A stretch of DNA of 64,000 nt from Bdellovibrionales bacterium. GTDB taxonomy: Bacteria; Bdellovibrionota; Bdellovibrionia; Bdellovibrionales; Bdellovibrionaceae. Each line of letters starts with the position of its first letter. Within the stretch, counting starts at the first letter, position 1. Positions 54,376-63,803 of this stretch are shown here, in pieces. The translations under genes were made by a program, and so were the position numbers. The notes under the pieces were generated by a model. It did no database searches. It was not told where the DNA came from and was given only the letters and a program-made list of their open reading frames with translations. The DNA lies in assembly GCA_018266295.1 (NCBI GenBank), contig JAFEAQ010000011.1, positions 593,626 to 657,625 of the forward strand. Direction: 5' to 3'.

Positions 54376-55319
54376 AGGCCGATCTGCTTAAAGAAAATAA
54401 ATAAACCGGCTCCGACAAGCGCGAGGCCACCCCAAATCCCTGCCATCGAAATAAAGGCTGCGCGCTTCACTAAATAACCTTGATATATATCAGCAAGAAT
54501 CAGTCCATGCTCGGATTCAGCCGTGATTTTGCCGCTGACTTTGACGGACTGAACTCCGCCAATACGTAAGAACGCATTTGCAGCAGCTGAATAGCCGTTG
54601 ATAAGTTCATCTTCTGAAAGTTTGCCGTCGCGATTGGTGTCAAACATCACCCGCTGATAAGCCTGTGAGTTCATTTTCTTGAGCTGCCCCGAATACGAAG
54701 CAATATCGCCGACAGCCACTGCGTGAGTTTGATCGGCACTGGTACGAAACTCGCCACGCACATACACCGGACCGCCAGCTAAAAGCTTCGCCTCGATCAC
54801 GCGCACATTGCCGCCAGTGAACGAGTTCCAAAAGCCGGTGCCACCATTAAAGTAGCGAGCCGCCATCGGAGCCGCCGCCGCAAGAAACTCCATTTGGACA
54901 GAGGACATTTTATTGCGAGGAATTGTGCGCTCCGTGATCTCGAGCTGAGCATTCTCAGGATGCACGAGGCATGCGCCGCTTTCATCAAGCACCAGAACCT
55001 CATCCGAGGTCGCATAACTATACACTGTATGCCATGACGAGCTCTTACCGCTGCGACGGTACTCTTGCACTCGAATACTCCAAAAACAAACAGGACGGCC
55101 ATCCAGACATTTACGTGCAATCGTCGGCCAAGCCTGCCCTTCGACTTCGACAAGACCTTGCGGAGCCGAAGAGATTTTACTGCGAGCAGTGTCTTCGACT
55201 TTTCGCTTGGTCAGAAACTTCTTAAGGCCAAACGCGACACTCATGCCCCCAAAGAGCATCAAGGTCAACGCGACCTTAAAAACCTCTTGTTGATCTCGTG
55301 CCGCTTCGACGAAGTTCAC
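54372..55319 (-). CDS. GIDE-domain-like membrane protein with an EF-hand loop
   Basis: N- and C-terminal TM helices. SSAPQGLVEVEG is a GIDE-like motif. DTNRDGKLSEDE (54606-54641) fits the 12-residue EF-hand loop consensus. Located downstream of LemA. Confidence 0.6.
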   Translation of the reverse strand: MNFVEAARDQQEVFKVALTLMLFGGMSVAFGLKKFLTKRKVEDTARSKISSAPQGLVEVEGQAWPTIARKCLDGRPVCFWSIRVQEYRRSGKSSSWHTVYSYATSDEVLVLDESGACLVHPENAQLEITERTIPRNKMSSVQMEFLAAAAPMAARYFNGGTGFWNSFTGGNVRVIEAKLLAGGPVYVRGEFRTSADQTHAVAVGDIASYSGQLKKMNSQAYQRVMFDTNRDGKLSEDELINGYSAAANAFLRIGGVQSVKVSGKITAESEHGLILADIYQGYLVKRAAFISMAGIWGGLALVGAGLFIFFKQIGL

Positions 55320-55322
55320 AGA

Positions 55323-55883
55323 TTATCCAATGTTCATTTTTAAAGACGGACGTGTTGTTTCAGACGCCGGCGGATGATACATCGGCTTTTCCGTATAGCC
55401 GAGCATGTTTGCAAAGAACATATCCGGAATCTGGGCGATGCGCGTGTTAAAATTCGTCACCGTTTCATTGAAGAACTCGCGGCGATCGGCAATCAAACCC
55501 TCGAGCTCAGACACGCGGCTTTGCAATTGCACGAAAGACTGATTGGCTTTCAGATCAGGATAAGCTTCACCCAAGGCAACGATCCCTTTCAGGGCCATCG
55601 ACATTTCATTCGATGCCGCGATTTTCGAATCGATAGAATTTGCCGCCGAATAGTGATTACGGGCTTCGATCACTTTCTTCAAAGTATTTTGCTCATACGA
55701 CGCATACTGCTCGATCACTTCGATGAGCTGCGGGATTTCGTCAAAGCGTTGTTTGAGAATGACTTCGATATTGGCCCACGCGCGGTCCATTTGATTCTTT
55801 TGGCTGACGAGCCCGTTGTAGACGGAAACCCCCATAAAAAGAATGACGAGCACGACGATTCCGGCAAAAACTGCTGCGAACAT
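55323..55883 (-). CDS. lemA: LemA family protein
   Basis: ATG 55883. N-terminal TM helix followed by YNGLVSQKNQMDRAWANIEVILKQRFDEIPQL, the LemA signature. Confidence 0.85.
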   Translation of the reverse strand: MFAAVFAGIVVLVILFMGVSVYNGLVSQKNQMDRAWANIEVILKQRFDEIPQLIEVIEQYASYEQNTLKKVIEARNHYSAANSIDSKIAASNEMSMALKGIVALGEAYPDLKANQSFVQLQSRVSELEGLIADRREFFNETVTNFNTRIAQIPDMFFANMLGYTEKPMYHPPASETTRPSLKMNIG

Positions 55884-55970
55884 AGGTGGTCCCCCTTGGC
55901 CTAAACTAAATCGGCGGAATTCACCCAAAACTGTATGATTTTCGAGAGCGAAATCTCAATCTGAGATGCT

Positions 55971-56534
55971 CTAAAAAGCGTATGAGAACGCGATCACAGC
56001 ATTGGTGCCCGCAAGGAAATTCAGGACACCACGTACGTTACGGTCTTGCTCGTGAGAAGCGCTGTAAAGGTTCGCTACGGCGATGAGAGAGTGCGTGGCA
56101 ACCTTGATCCAACGGGCTCTGTGGCGCTCTTCTTTCTCCTTCTCGAGGAATCTTTGAAGCAACTCTGCCTTCTGACCTGAAGTGAGATGCGCCCCTTCAA
56201 CAGCATAGAAGAACGAATTGTACTCGTTACCGTTCCAGTAATTAGTCGCACCATAACCGATGGCTGCCACTCCCACCGACTGAGCGATGGCATAAATCCC
56301 GCGGCTGAAAGAATCCTCAGAGTTGTAATAGCCGGCGACACCACCAATCGTCGCAATGGCACCGCTAATCATGTAGCTCATGCCGCGAATGCGGTCTTCT
56401 TCTTGGCGCTCTTTCATGTAAGTCTGAAAGGAGTTCCATTGCACAGGCCCCCCGTAGTCGGAATCCGCATCATCGGCGCGGGCCGCCGTCACTACCAAGA
56501 ACATCATCATGAAAATCAGCAAAAGCTTTTTCAT
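55971..56534 (-). CDS. Hypothetical membrane/secreted protein
   Basis: 187 aa. Signal peptide MKKLLLIFMMMFLVVTAARA. Gly-rich hydrophobic segments. The start overlaps the upstream stop (ATGA). Confidence 0.6.
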   Translation of the reverse strand: MKKLLLIFMMMFLVVTAARADDADSDYGGPVQWNSFQTYMKERQEEDRIRGMSYMISGAIATIGGVAGYYNSEDSFSRGIYAIAQSVGVAAIGYGATNYWNGNEYNSFFYAVEGAHLTSGQKAELLQRFLEKEKEERHRARWIKVATHSLIAVANLYSASHEQDRNVRGVLNFLAGTNAVIAFSYAF

Positions 56535-57580
56535 ATGATGAACCCCAGCTCAAGATAAACGGTCTGCAACTGGTCTTGTTCGCCTAAGAGATTTTCATAC
56601 TTCTTACGCCAGTAAGTCAGGCCGCCGTTCCAGTCATCGTAGTGCAAAACAAAACCCAGCGAGTATTCGCGATCGGAATAGCTCGCAAGTCCCTGCATCG
56701 CTCCGAGCTTATAGGAGAAACCCAAGTGCGGCAGATCTTTGAATTCTTCGGTATAAGAATTCACGCGCAAATTCAGACCGAGTTCTAACTCTCCGTAAGC
56801 CACTGGCGGGCGAACCGAACCCGCAAAGTTCCAATCAGGGCTCGCCGGGATCTCATCAAATTTTTTATCAACGAAGCCTGAATTCTTGATCGTCAGTCCC
56901 AGTTGCGGCTTCCAGCTCTTGTCGGCGAATTCGTAGAGTAAACCCGGCTCGAGATAAAGGGCGCGCTGATTCTTGGTTTCAAAATACTGCGAACCCCCTG
57001 ATGCCAGAGCATCGGTCAAAGTGAATTCGCTTAAAATAAACCTGCGATCCACGCCGCGAAGCTGTACACCCCAGAACCAGTTGTCTTTGCCATTTTCGCC
57101 GGCGAAGCTTGCCACTTGTGCTGAGAGTGTCTGCTCTTGCCCCGTGTAGAGAGTCACCACCGGCAATGCGGAGTTACGGATCAAAGCATAGTAATAAAGA
57201 CGATAAGGAGCAAACTGCACACCCCAGGTTTCACGCAGGTAACTTGCTTGAATATTAGCTTCAGCTTCCGCACTGGCTTTTTGGCTAAAGAGCTTTTCAA
57301 CAGTTGCGGGATCTCCAGAGCCATCCAGCAGCTTCGTCACTTCATGCACATAGGAAACATTATTGCCGAAAAAAAACTGCGTTTGGAAATGACTGCGGCG
57401 TTCTTTTGCCGTGAACGCGGGATTGCAAGGCAGTCCCTCGATGAGCGCATCCATCCCGAAACAAGCATAGCTCAAAGTGCGGCTGGTAAAATCCGAATTC
57501 CCCAAAGCAATCGAGCGCGGCACCTCAAAGGCTCGCGCTTGTACACTCAGCAGAACTAAAAGCAACGCTAGGATTTTCAT
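56531..57580 (-). CDS. Outer-membrane beta-barrel-like protein, hypothetical
   Basis: Preferred ATG is 57580 (ATGA overlap with the upstream stop). Signal peptide MKILALLLVLLSVQARA. Alternating beta pattern. Confidence 0.65.
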   Translation of the reverse strand: MKILALLLVLLSVQARAFEVPRSIALGNSDFTSRTLSYACFGMDALIEGLPCNPAFTAKERRSHFQTQFFFGNNVSYVHEVTKLLDGSGDPATVEKLFSQKASAEAEANIQASYLRETWGVQFAPYRLYYYALIRNSALPVVTLYTGQEQTLSAQVASFAGENGKDNWFWGVQLRGVDRRFILSEFTLTDALASGGSQYFETKNQRALYLEPGLLYEFADKSWKPQLGLTIKNSGFVDKKFDEIPASPDWNFAGSVRPPVAYGELELGLNLRVNSYTEEFKDLPHLGFSYKLGAMQGLASYSDREYSLGFVLHYDDWNGGLTYWRKKYENLLGEQDQLQTVYLELGFII

Positions 57581-58422
57581 GGCCGGCACATCCGTTTTTT
57601 GCGGAGCTCGTCCACCGCTTGTTGGGTGAACCCATAAACAGCCTGCACAATATTGCGGGCCCCCTCGAGATCCTTACGTTCATCCGGATAAGCAATAATC
57701 AAATCATCCAGGGTTTCAGTCAGATGATACGTGATCGGATTAAGCCAATTCAGAATTTTCTCAAAATCAAATTTGCAAAGCACTTCAATATGGCCCGCCA
57801 GAAGTTCTGCAATCGCCGCATTGAACTGATCCCATAAACCTTGCGAAGCTGTAATATAGGACTTAAAAAGAATCAGATTTAAAATCGCGCGGTACAAGCG
57901 CCCACCTGGAGTTTGCACCGTCTTCAGAGTTTCAGCCGCGATCTGCACATCCGCCAGCGCGGCTCCCGTCACAACCGGAATCGCATCGACGCGGTCTTTG
58001 TAACGCTCCCACACCGACAACGCATTGACGATGCCGCCGAGAGCATTTAAGTCACGTGGGTCGATATCGCCTTTTGCTTGTTTTGCAATTTTCTGCAGGC
58101 TTTCAATGGTGGCATTTGTCGGAATGGAATCTGGCGGGACCAACGGCGCATCAAAGCCGATCACAAATCCCCAGTAGTTCTCGACGCGAATTCCCCCGCG
58201 GGCGGCGTAGGCTGACGCCAAGGCAACCTTCACTGAAGGGCGCTGATCTTCCAGCGCAAGCTTTTGCAGCTCGCGGATCGCGCCATCGTAGTCGCCTTTA
58301 TCAATAAGCTGGTAATTGGCATCCAAAGGATCGCGATCAGGCTCGGTTTTGTCTCTTTGACAACCCCCGGACACAAGCAGAACTGTAAGGACCCCAAGGG
58401 CCAATTTCATATACTTTTTCAT
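57577..58422 (-). CDS. Lipoprotein with helical (TPR-like) N-terminal region, hypothetical
   Basis: ATG 58422. Lipobox LLVSGGC in MKKYMKLALGVLTVLLVSGGC. Confidence 0.65.
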   Translation of the reverse strand: MKKYMKLALGVLTVLLVSGGCQRDKTEPDRDPLDANYQLIDKGDYDGAIRELQKLALEDQRPSVKVALASAYAARGGIRVENYWGFVIGFDAPLVPPDSIPTNATIESLQKIAKQAKGDIDPRDLNALGGIVNALSVWERYKDRVDAIPVVTGAALADVQIAAETLKTVQTPGGRLYRAILNLILFKSYITASQGLWDQFNAAIAELLAGHIEVLCKFDFEKILNWLNPITYHLTETLDDLIIAYPDERKDLEGARNIVQAVYGFTQQAVDELRKKRMCRP

Positions 58423-58611
58423 GGCTTCGAACTTCAAAAACAAAGCAAACCCAGGGCCAACTGAGGGCTGTTTAAGAACGCGACGGAAACCGGGGGCTTG
58501 TAAGGAGTATAGGACCGATCAATCTTTAATCACTCTGAGACAAGACCGTAAAGATAAATTGATTGCGGTAGAGTCCAGTTATAACCGAAAAGAAGAGCAA
58601 GGAGCAACGGT

Positions 58612-59244
58612 GTGGGATCATCCATGAAGGGCTTATTAATTAACGATAATGAGAAGCCAACGATCGCTTTTTGTGATGATGAAAAAGACATCACGGAAGT
58701 GTACGCCGCTATTTTGTCGGAGCACTATAAAGTGCTGACCTTCAACCAGCCGGAAGAGCTTCTGAAATTCCTCGAGTTCCACGAAGAGTGCCCTTTCGAA
58801 GTCCTCATCACGGATTTGAAAATGCCAAAGATGAGTGGCTTGCAATTGATCGAACGAGCTCATCAAAAGGGTTTCCAATTTCCATCCATTTTACTCTCAG
58901 GCTATCTCGACAAAAAGAACCTGATGACAGCCGTCGGTTGCGGCGTCATGCGCGTCCTAGAAAAGCCGGCAGAGATTCCGCAGATTCTGGCGTGCATCGA
59001 TGAGCTGATGACAGAAAACCGCATCCTCAAAACTCGTCGCCAAATGCGCGACATCATGGCAAAACTGCGTGAGTCTTACTCTCACATCCGTTTACTCTTG
59101 GGCGATGAACTGCAAAACTACACCATCGATCCGCAATCCAATATGGAGACGCTGCTCGAGTCCCTCGAGAGCCGTTTGGATGAGCTGCTTGCGGTAGAAA
59201 AGCAGCTCAAAGAAAAAAGCGACAATATCAAGAAGGCTCTTTAG
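58612..59244 (+). CDS. Response regulator (receiver domain plus coiled-coil tail, no recognised output domain)
   Basis: GTG 58612 with AAGGAG SD 7 nt upstream. DDEKD acidic pocket, ITDLKMPKMSG phospho-acceptor motif, LSGY. Confidence 0.8.
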   Translation: MGSSMKGLLINDNEKPTIAFCDDEKDITEVYAAILSEHYKVLTFNQPEELLKFLEFHEECPFEVLITDLKMPKMSGLQLIERAHQKGFQFPSILLSGYLDKKNLMTAVGCGVMRVLEKPAEIPQILACIDELMTENRILKTRRQMRDIMAKLRESYSHIRLLLGDELQNYTIDPQSNMETLLESLESRLDELLAVEKQLKEKSDNIKKAL

Positions 59245-59272
59245 AACCGAAGTCCTGCGAGTCCTCCCCTGC

Positions 59273-59758
59273 TTATAGGCTATCACAATCCAACGATTTA
59301 ACGATTTCAGTGATGCGCTTACCCGTCACCTTGAAAAGCTGATCTGGAGTTCCTACGAGAAGCTTGCCATTTTGGATCGCGACCACTTTTTGAGAGGACT
59401 TCACCGGCACGGTTTTCATTTCAACTTTTTTGGCGTTAATCTCAGCAATTGCCGCGCATGCCTTTTCATCAGCCGCAAAAGGAATGTATTCACCGGGTTT
59501 TAACTTAGAAGTCGTCGTCAGTAAAAGAGGCCCGTTAATGACCGCTCCATTAATATAACCATTCGCATCGTCAATGAGGCCCCCACTCACCATATAGATG
59601 CTGCCAGTTTTAACCTCGGAAGAGCCGACAAAAGTGAACTCATAGCGATTACTCTCTTCCGCATAAATAGATTGCAAATGCGTGATGGAAGGAAACATCT
59701 CGGCCTGAACGGCCGTCGCAGCGAAGGTCAAAATAGAAATCATAAATAGTTTTTTCAT
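59273..59758 (-). CDS. Hypothetical secreted protein
   Basis: ATG 59758 with AGGAG SD. Signal peptide MKKLFMISILTFAATAVQA. Confidence 0.6.
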   Translation of the reverse strand: MKKLFMISILTFAATAVQAEMFPSITHLQSIYAEESNRYEFTFVGSSEVKTGSIYMVSGGLIDDANGYINGAVINGPLLLTTTSKLKPGEYIPFAADEKACAAIAEINAKKVEMKTVPVKSSQKVVAIQNGKLLVGTPDQLFKVTGKRITEIVKSLDCDSL

Positions 59759-59954
59759 AAGATCTCCTAAATATGCCGAGATACTATTCAAAATTTAAGC
59801 CACTCCTAAAAGTCTCTAAATCCTCCGCCGTTCCACAACTGACAACTCCCTACTCATTTATGAGCGAAGAATGTTATCCGCGTTGCTCCAGGCAACGTCG
59901 AGTCCTGCTCGGAGGCTTCTTGCCCACCCCCTTATTCCTCTCTAAAATAAATCC

Positions 59955-60950
59955 ATGTTCAAAAAAATCTCTGCCCTGCTTTTACTTGTGCTCGTGATTT
60001 TCCTTATCGGTCTTTTTATTTCACGATCTCAATCGGAAGTTTCTACGACTTTTGTTTCTCCGACGGTGAGCGCTTTTCGTCAGACTCTGACCAAAGAAAA
60101 GTCTACGACGACGGCACCGAATCCAGCGCCAACAATGCCAATGATCGGAGAAAACCTCCCCGAAGAAGATTGCTGGAATAAGCTCAGTGCTCAAGTGCAA
60201 GAAGGCGAATTCGTCCGTCAAAACCGCGAAGCTTGGCAAAGTCTTGTCGGCGAGTGGTATTACGGTCCGGACGGCGATGCTCTGAATACCCCAGAGACCT
60301 CTGCACCTGGAATGTTCATGCAAGCGCTCCTCTTTTCAGGCCAACTCTATGGGCAGCTCCTCTATGAGTCACAAGAGGAACGCGCCCTCGATCTTTTTGA
60401 AAAAGTTTATGCTTTGGATCCCGGCAACTCTGCGCCGCTGATTTACGCGGCAATGATCGAGAGTAAAAGAGGCAACGAAGCCGAAGCGCAAAGACTGTTC
60501 GCCATGGCTCAAAATTCGAATAGATTTGATACTTATATTATGACCGTCTCGAAAAGCATCTTCAGCCAGGTACGAAGCTCCTCGGATCTGATCCAGGCCT
60601 ATGCTTTTTGGTCGCATCTACCTGGACCTGACTATGCCGCAATCACAAAATATTTAAAAGCCCGCGACTCTCGAATCTTTGCCGAGCAGATGACTCGGGC
60701 CGGACTGGATGAAAAAAATGTCCTCGCAGATATAGATTGGTTTGCCCTCGAATATGCGGTGGGGTTCGCTATTGAAAACAAGCTTAACCCAAACAATAAG
60801 CTTCCCAATTACAAAGAAATCGTCGAAAAGAAAAATCAACAAAGCCCTTTTTCAAACGAGAAAATGCTCGCCGCCCTAAAGAAGAAATGCGACCTCTCCT
60901 CCCTCGACGAATTTACAAACGAATTTCGCGCTTACATGAATAAGAAGTAA
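59955..60950 (+). CDS. Membrane-anchored hypothetical protein (TPR-like helical region)
   Basis: 331 aa. N-terminal TM helix ISALLLLVLVIFLIGLFI. Confidence 0.6.
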   Translation: MFKKISALLLLVLVIFLIGLFISRSQSEVSTTFVSPTVSAFRQTLTKEKSTTTAPNPAPTMPMIGENLPEEDCWNKLSAQVQEGEFVRQNREAWQSLVGEWYYGPDGDALNTPETSAPGMFMQALLFSGQLYGQLLYESQEERALDLFEKVYALDPGNSAPLIYAAMIESKRGNEAEAQRLFAMAQNSNRFDTYIMTVSKSIFSQVRSSSDLIQAYAFWSHLPGPDYAAITKYLKARDSRIFAEQMTRAGLDEKNVLADIDWFALEYAVGFAIENKLNPNNKLPNYKEIVEKKNQQSPFSNEKMLAALKKKCDLSSLDEFTNEFRAYMNKK

Positions 60951-61045
60951 CCAGAGCGCAGATTGGCCGAAGTTTTTTATGTTCGGAGCAAATTTGAAGT
61001 GAAGGAAGTGCCAGGCCTTCCTTGAAATCCCTGCTTCGACCACAT

Positions 61046-61074
61046 AAAAAAACCCGGGACAATGCCCGGGTTTT
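61046..61074. terminator. Bidirectional rho-independent terminator
   Basis: A7 - aacccggg - acaatg - cccgggtt - tt. The 8-bp stem is flanked by an A-run and a T-run, between convergent genes. Confidence 0.75.
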
Positions 61075-61103
61075 CGAATTCACAACAGGAATCAGTTAAA
61101 AAA

Positions 61104-61847
61104 CTATTCCAAGTGCTTCATTGTGTTGTCGCCACCAACATAGAAAGTCTCAGCTTGTTCTACGTGGCTCATAACAGTCTTGATGTTCCATTTCATCAAC
61201 ATTTGCATACCAGCAACTGGATCTTCTTTAGTACCCATGTTGAATACGCTAGGAACTTCTGCGTTTGCAGTGATGTTGAAACCCCAAGAAACGTTCAAGT
61301 CAGCTGGAGCGATCGTCGCGTTAGTAAGGAACTTACCGTGACCGTTCAAGTTACCACCAGCAGTGAAAGTCACGCGGTAAGCGAAATCAACGACGTTCAT
61401 GCCGTAAGCATTTTCGTATTGTACGCGGTAAACTTTAGATTGAGGAATTTGCCAACCAGCCAAATCAGACCAGCATTGCAAACCTGCAGGAAGTGCATTT
61501 GCAGTGTAAGTAGTGATGTTAACAACCGGACGACCAGTCTCAACAAGAGCCCATACTTTTTTACCGAGATTCACGATTTTATCGAGAATGATATTTGCTT
61601 GATCGATTGGATCCAAGCTGATGCCAGGAACTGTATTGTCGAATGGCTTCACGTTGTTTGGTGCTTGGTTCGCGTTGCAGTCTTCATAAAGACCCGCTTG
61701 TGCCAACTGGTGATTTTTAGCAGCGTACTGCTCAGTCACGTCAGTCATTTTTACTTTTGCAAGAGTGTAGTATTTTGCATCTTTGTCAGCAGCTTGTGCA
61801 TTCAATGCCAAAGCAGAAACAAAAACCAGTGAAAGAATTTTTGTCAT
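61104..61847 (-). CDS. Hypothetical secreted protein
   Basis: 247 aa. Signal peptide MTKILSLVFVSALALNAQA. Terminator downstream. The 256-aa plus-strand ORF is judged a shadow ORF. Confidence 0.7.
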   Translation of the reverse strand: MTKILSLVFVSALALNAQAADKDAKYYTLAKVKMTDVTEQYAAKNHQLAQAGLYEDCNANQAPNNVKPFDNTVPGISLDPIDQANIILDKIVNLGKKVWALVETGRPVVNITTYTANALPAGLQCWSDLAGWQIPQSKVYRVQYENAYGMNVVDFAYRVTFTAGGNLNGHGKFLTNATIAPADLNVSWGFNITANAEVPSVFNMGTKEDPVAGMQMLMKWNIKTVMSHVEQAETFYVGGDNTMKHLE

Positions 61848-61975
61848 TAGCGCCCCCTAGGTTTGGTTTAGTTGGCGCTGTTCTAACAGGGGCCTTGTTA
61901 ATTTCAAACTTTTTTTAGTTTTTTAATTATGATGCCTTGTATTAGAACGGCTTATACGTCCGAAACCCGGACAGA

Positions 61976-62545
61976 CTAAGGCTTCCAAGTCATACTGAAC
62001 ATAGGGAAAATCCACGTCTTTGTGGCATCGTTGTTTGATTCCACATTGCTGACGGTCTTTTGGGAGTAATTCGCCCCATAGTAGTTCAGGCTCACACCCA
62101 TGTAAAATTTTTCACCTAGTGGGATTTGCGCCGCAAACTGGGCAAGGTAACTGGTGCCTTCCCATTTCTCATCGGTCGCTCCTGTGGCGCCATAAGTCCC
62201 CTTGGCAAGGTAACCGTACGCCAAGGTCATGCTGAACATTCCTGAGCGGTCGATATTCCAACGAACCGCAGGCCCCATATCCATCGAGGAATACGTCGTC
62301 GTCGTTGAGCCCTGAACTGAGGTTTGCGAAATCCCGTAAACCGTCCACCCGACATTCCACGCTTTGCGACTGTCCAGGTTGAAAAGGACATCGGTATTAT
62401 AAAACGTCGATGTATTACTATTATCCGTCGTCTTGTGAAGAGTGTCGCCGCTGTAGGCAAAGCCCAAATCAAACTGCATATCAGCCAACGCCGAAACGGA
62501 AAACAGACAGCAGAATAAGAAAAATAAAATCCTTTTCATCTGCAA
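61976..62545 (-). CDS. Small outer-membrane beta-barrel protein
   Basis: 189 aa. Signal peptide ...LFSVSALA. Alternating aromatic/hydrophilic strands. Confidence 0.7.
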   Translation of the reverse strand: MQMKRILFFLFCCLFSVSALADMQFDLGFAYSGDTLHKTTDNSNTSTFYNTDVLFNLDSRKAWNVGWTVYGISQTSVQGSTTTTYSSMDMGPAVRWNIDRSGMFSMTLAYGYLAKGTYGATGATDEKWEGTSYLAQFAAQIPLGEKFYMGVSLNYYGANYSQKTVSNVESNNDATKTWIFPMFSMTWKP

Positions 62546-62595
62546 TCTTTATCGGAGTGCGTGACTGATTTTAAGACAGGACCTGGGCCTAGAAC

Positions 62596-63765
62596 TTAGG
62601 CCTTACGCTCAAGACTTGCTCCGTAGAATCCGTCGAAACCTTGCTTTTGTGGTGCAAGGTGAATTTCCTCGGCCAACTTCCAGTCTTGGCCATGCTTCGC
62701 GAGGAACGCCTGAACCTGACGCTCGTTCTCAGCCGGCATCACGCTACATGTGGCATAGACCATCATTCCGCCCGGCTTCACCATGCGGGAGTAGTTTTCT
62801 AAGATCTCAGCCTGAAGTTTCTGCAGGCGCTGCACTTCCGTCAGCGACAATTTCCATTTCGTATCCGGATTGCGGCGAAGAACCCCCAGCCCTGAGCAAG
62901 GGACATCGAGCAAGAGACGATCTGCTTTACCCACGAAGCTTTCAAGCGCCTCGGGAGATATCGGCTGCGTGCTCACCACCTTCACGCCGTTACGTTCAGC
63001 ACGTTCCAAAAGCTTACTGAGCTTGCCTTCATTCACGTCCATCGCCACCAAGCGGCCGCGGTTTTTCATGAGCGCCGCCAAGTGCAGAGTTTTTCCTCCG
63101 CCACCGGCGCAAGCATCAATCACGGTTGTATTTGATTCCGGTTTTAAAAGTGGCGCCACCATTTGCGAGGCCGCATCTTGAACTTCAAAAAGTCCCTGTT
63201 TGAAAGCTTCCGTCGTCGCAAGATTTTTTCTCTCCGCCAAGCGCAAAGCTGTCGGCAATCCATCCACTTCAACGACGTGCACGTTTTCAATTTGCAATTT
63301 ACGAATCAGCTCTTCGCGAGTGGCACGAAGAGTGTTCACACGCAAGAAAACTTCCGCGGGCTGGTTCAGAGATTTAAGCATCGCATCCCACTCTGGTCCG
63401 ACCTGCTCCCGACCATAATCATACAACCACTGAGGAACGGATTCGCGGATCGCCACTGGATATTCTCGGCGGCGGCGCTCTTCAAAACCTGCTCTATCAA
63501 AGGACTTGAGCTCCGCCCATTCAGGAATTTCATGGTAGGTTTTCAAGCACCAGGCGGCCCAGATTTGCCAAACGTGATCGCGCGTGATTTCTATCTCTGT
63601 CGGATCAAAACCGGCGAGCACACCAAAATAGCGCCACCAGCGAACGATCTCGTAAGTGCTTTCAGCGACAAAGCGGCGATCGCGGGCGCCCCACTTTTTT
63701 TGAGATTTGAAAGCACACTCAAGCACCTTATCGGCGTGAAGGGACGTCGTGAAGATTTCCTCCAC
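62596..63765 (-). CDS. rsmB: 16S rRNA (cytosine-C5)-methyltransferase, RsmB/Sun (NOL1/NOP2) family
   Basis: SAM motif DACAGGGGKT, catalytic DVPCSGLG and ATCS motifs. The GTG 63765 start is uncertain (the frame is open up to 63843). Confidence 0.85.
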   Translation of the reverse strand: MEEIFTTSLHADKVLECAFKSQKKWGARDRRFVAESTYEIVRWWRYFGVLAGFDPTEIEITRDHVWQIWAAWCLKTYHEIPEWAELKSFDRAGFEERRRREYPVAIRESVPQWLYDYGREQVGPEWDAMLKSLNQPAEVFLRVNTLRATREELIRKLQIENVHVVEVDGLPTALRLAERKNLATTEAFKQGLFEVQDAASQMVAPLLKPESNTTVIDACAGGGGKTLHLAALMKNRGRLVAMDVNEGKLSKLLERAERNGVKVVSTQPISPEALESFVGKADRLLLDVPCSGLGVLRRNPDTKWKLSLTEVQRLQKLQAEILENYSRMVKPGGMMVYATCSVMPAENERQVQAFLAKHGQDWKLAEEIHLAPQKQGFDGFYGASLERKA

Positions 63766-63803
63766 GATGTGAACGATATTATCTACGAGATGACGATGTA
63801 ACT

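Noticed and set aside
61062-61832. 256-aa plus-strand ORF
   Set aside because: It is antisense to the 247-aa secreted protein gene, which has a signal peptide and a terminator. The plus ORF starts inside the bidirectional terminator and has a Cys/Val/Ser-rich, unnatural composition.
63163-63801. 212-aa plus-strand ORF
   Set aside because: It is the shadow of rsmB, whose SAM-binding and catalytic Cys motifs fix the coding strand.
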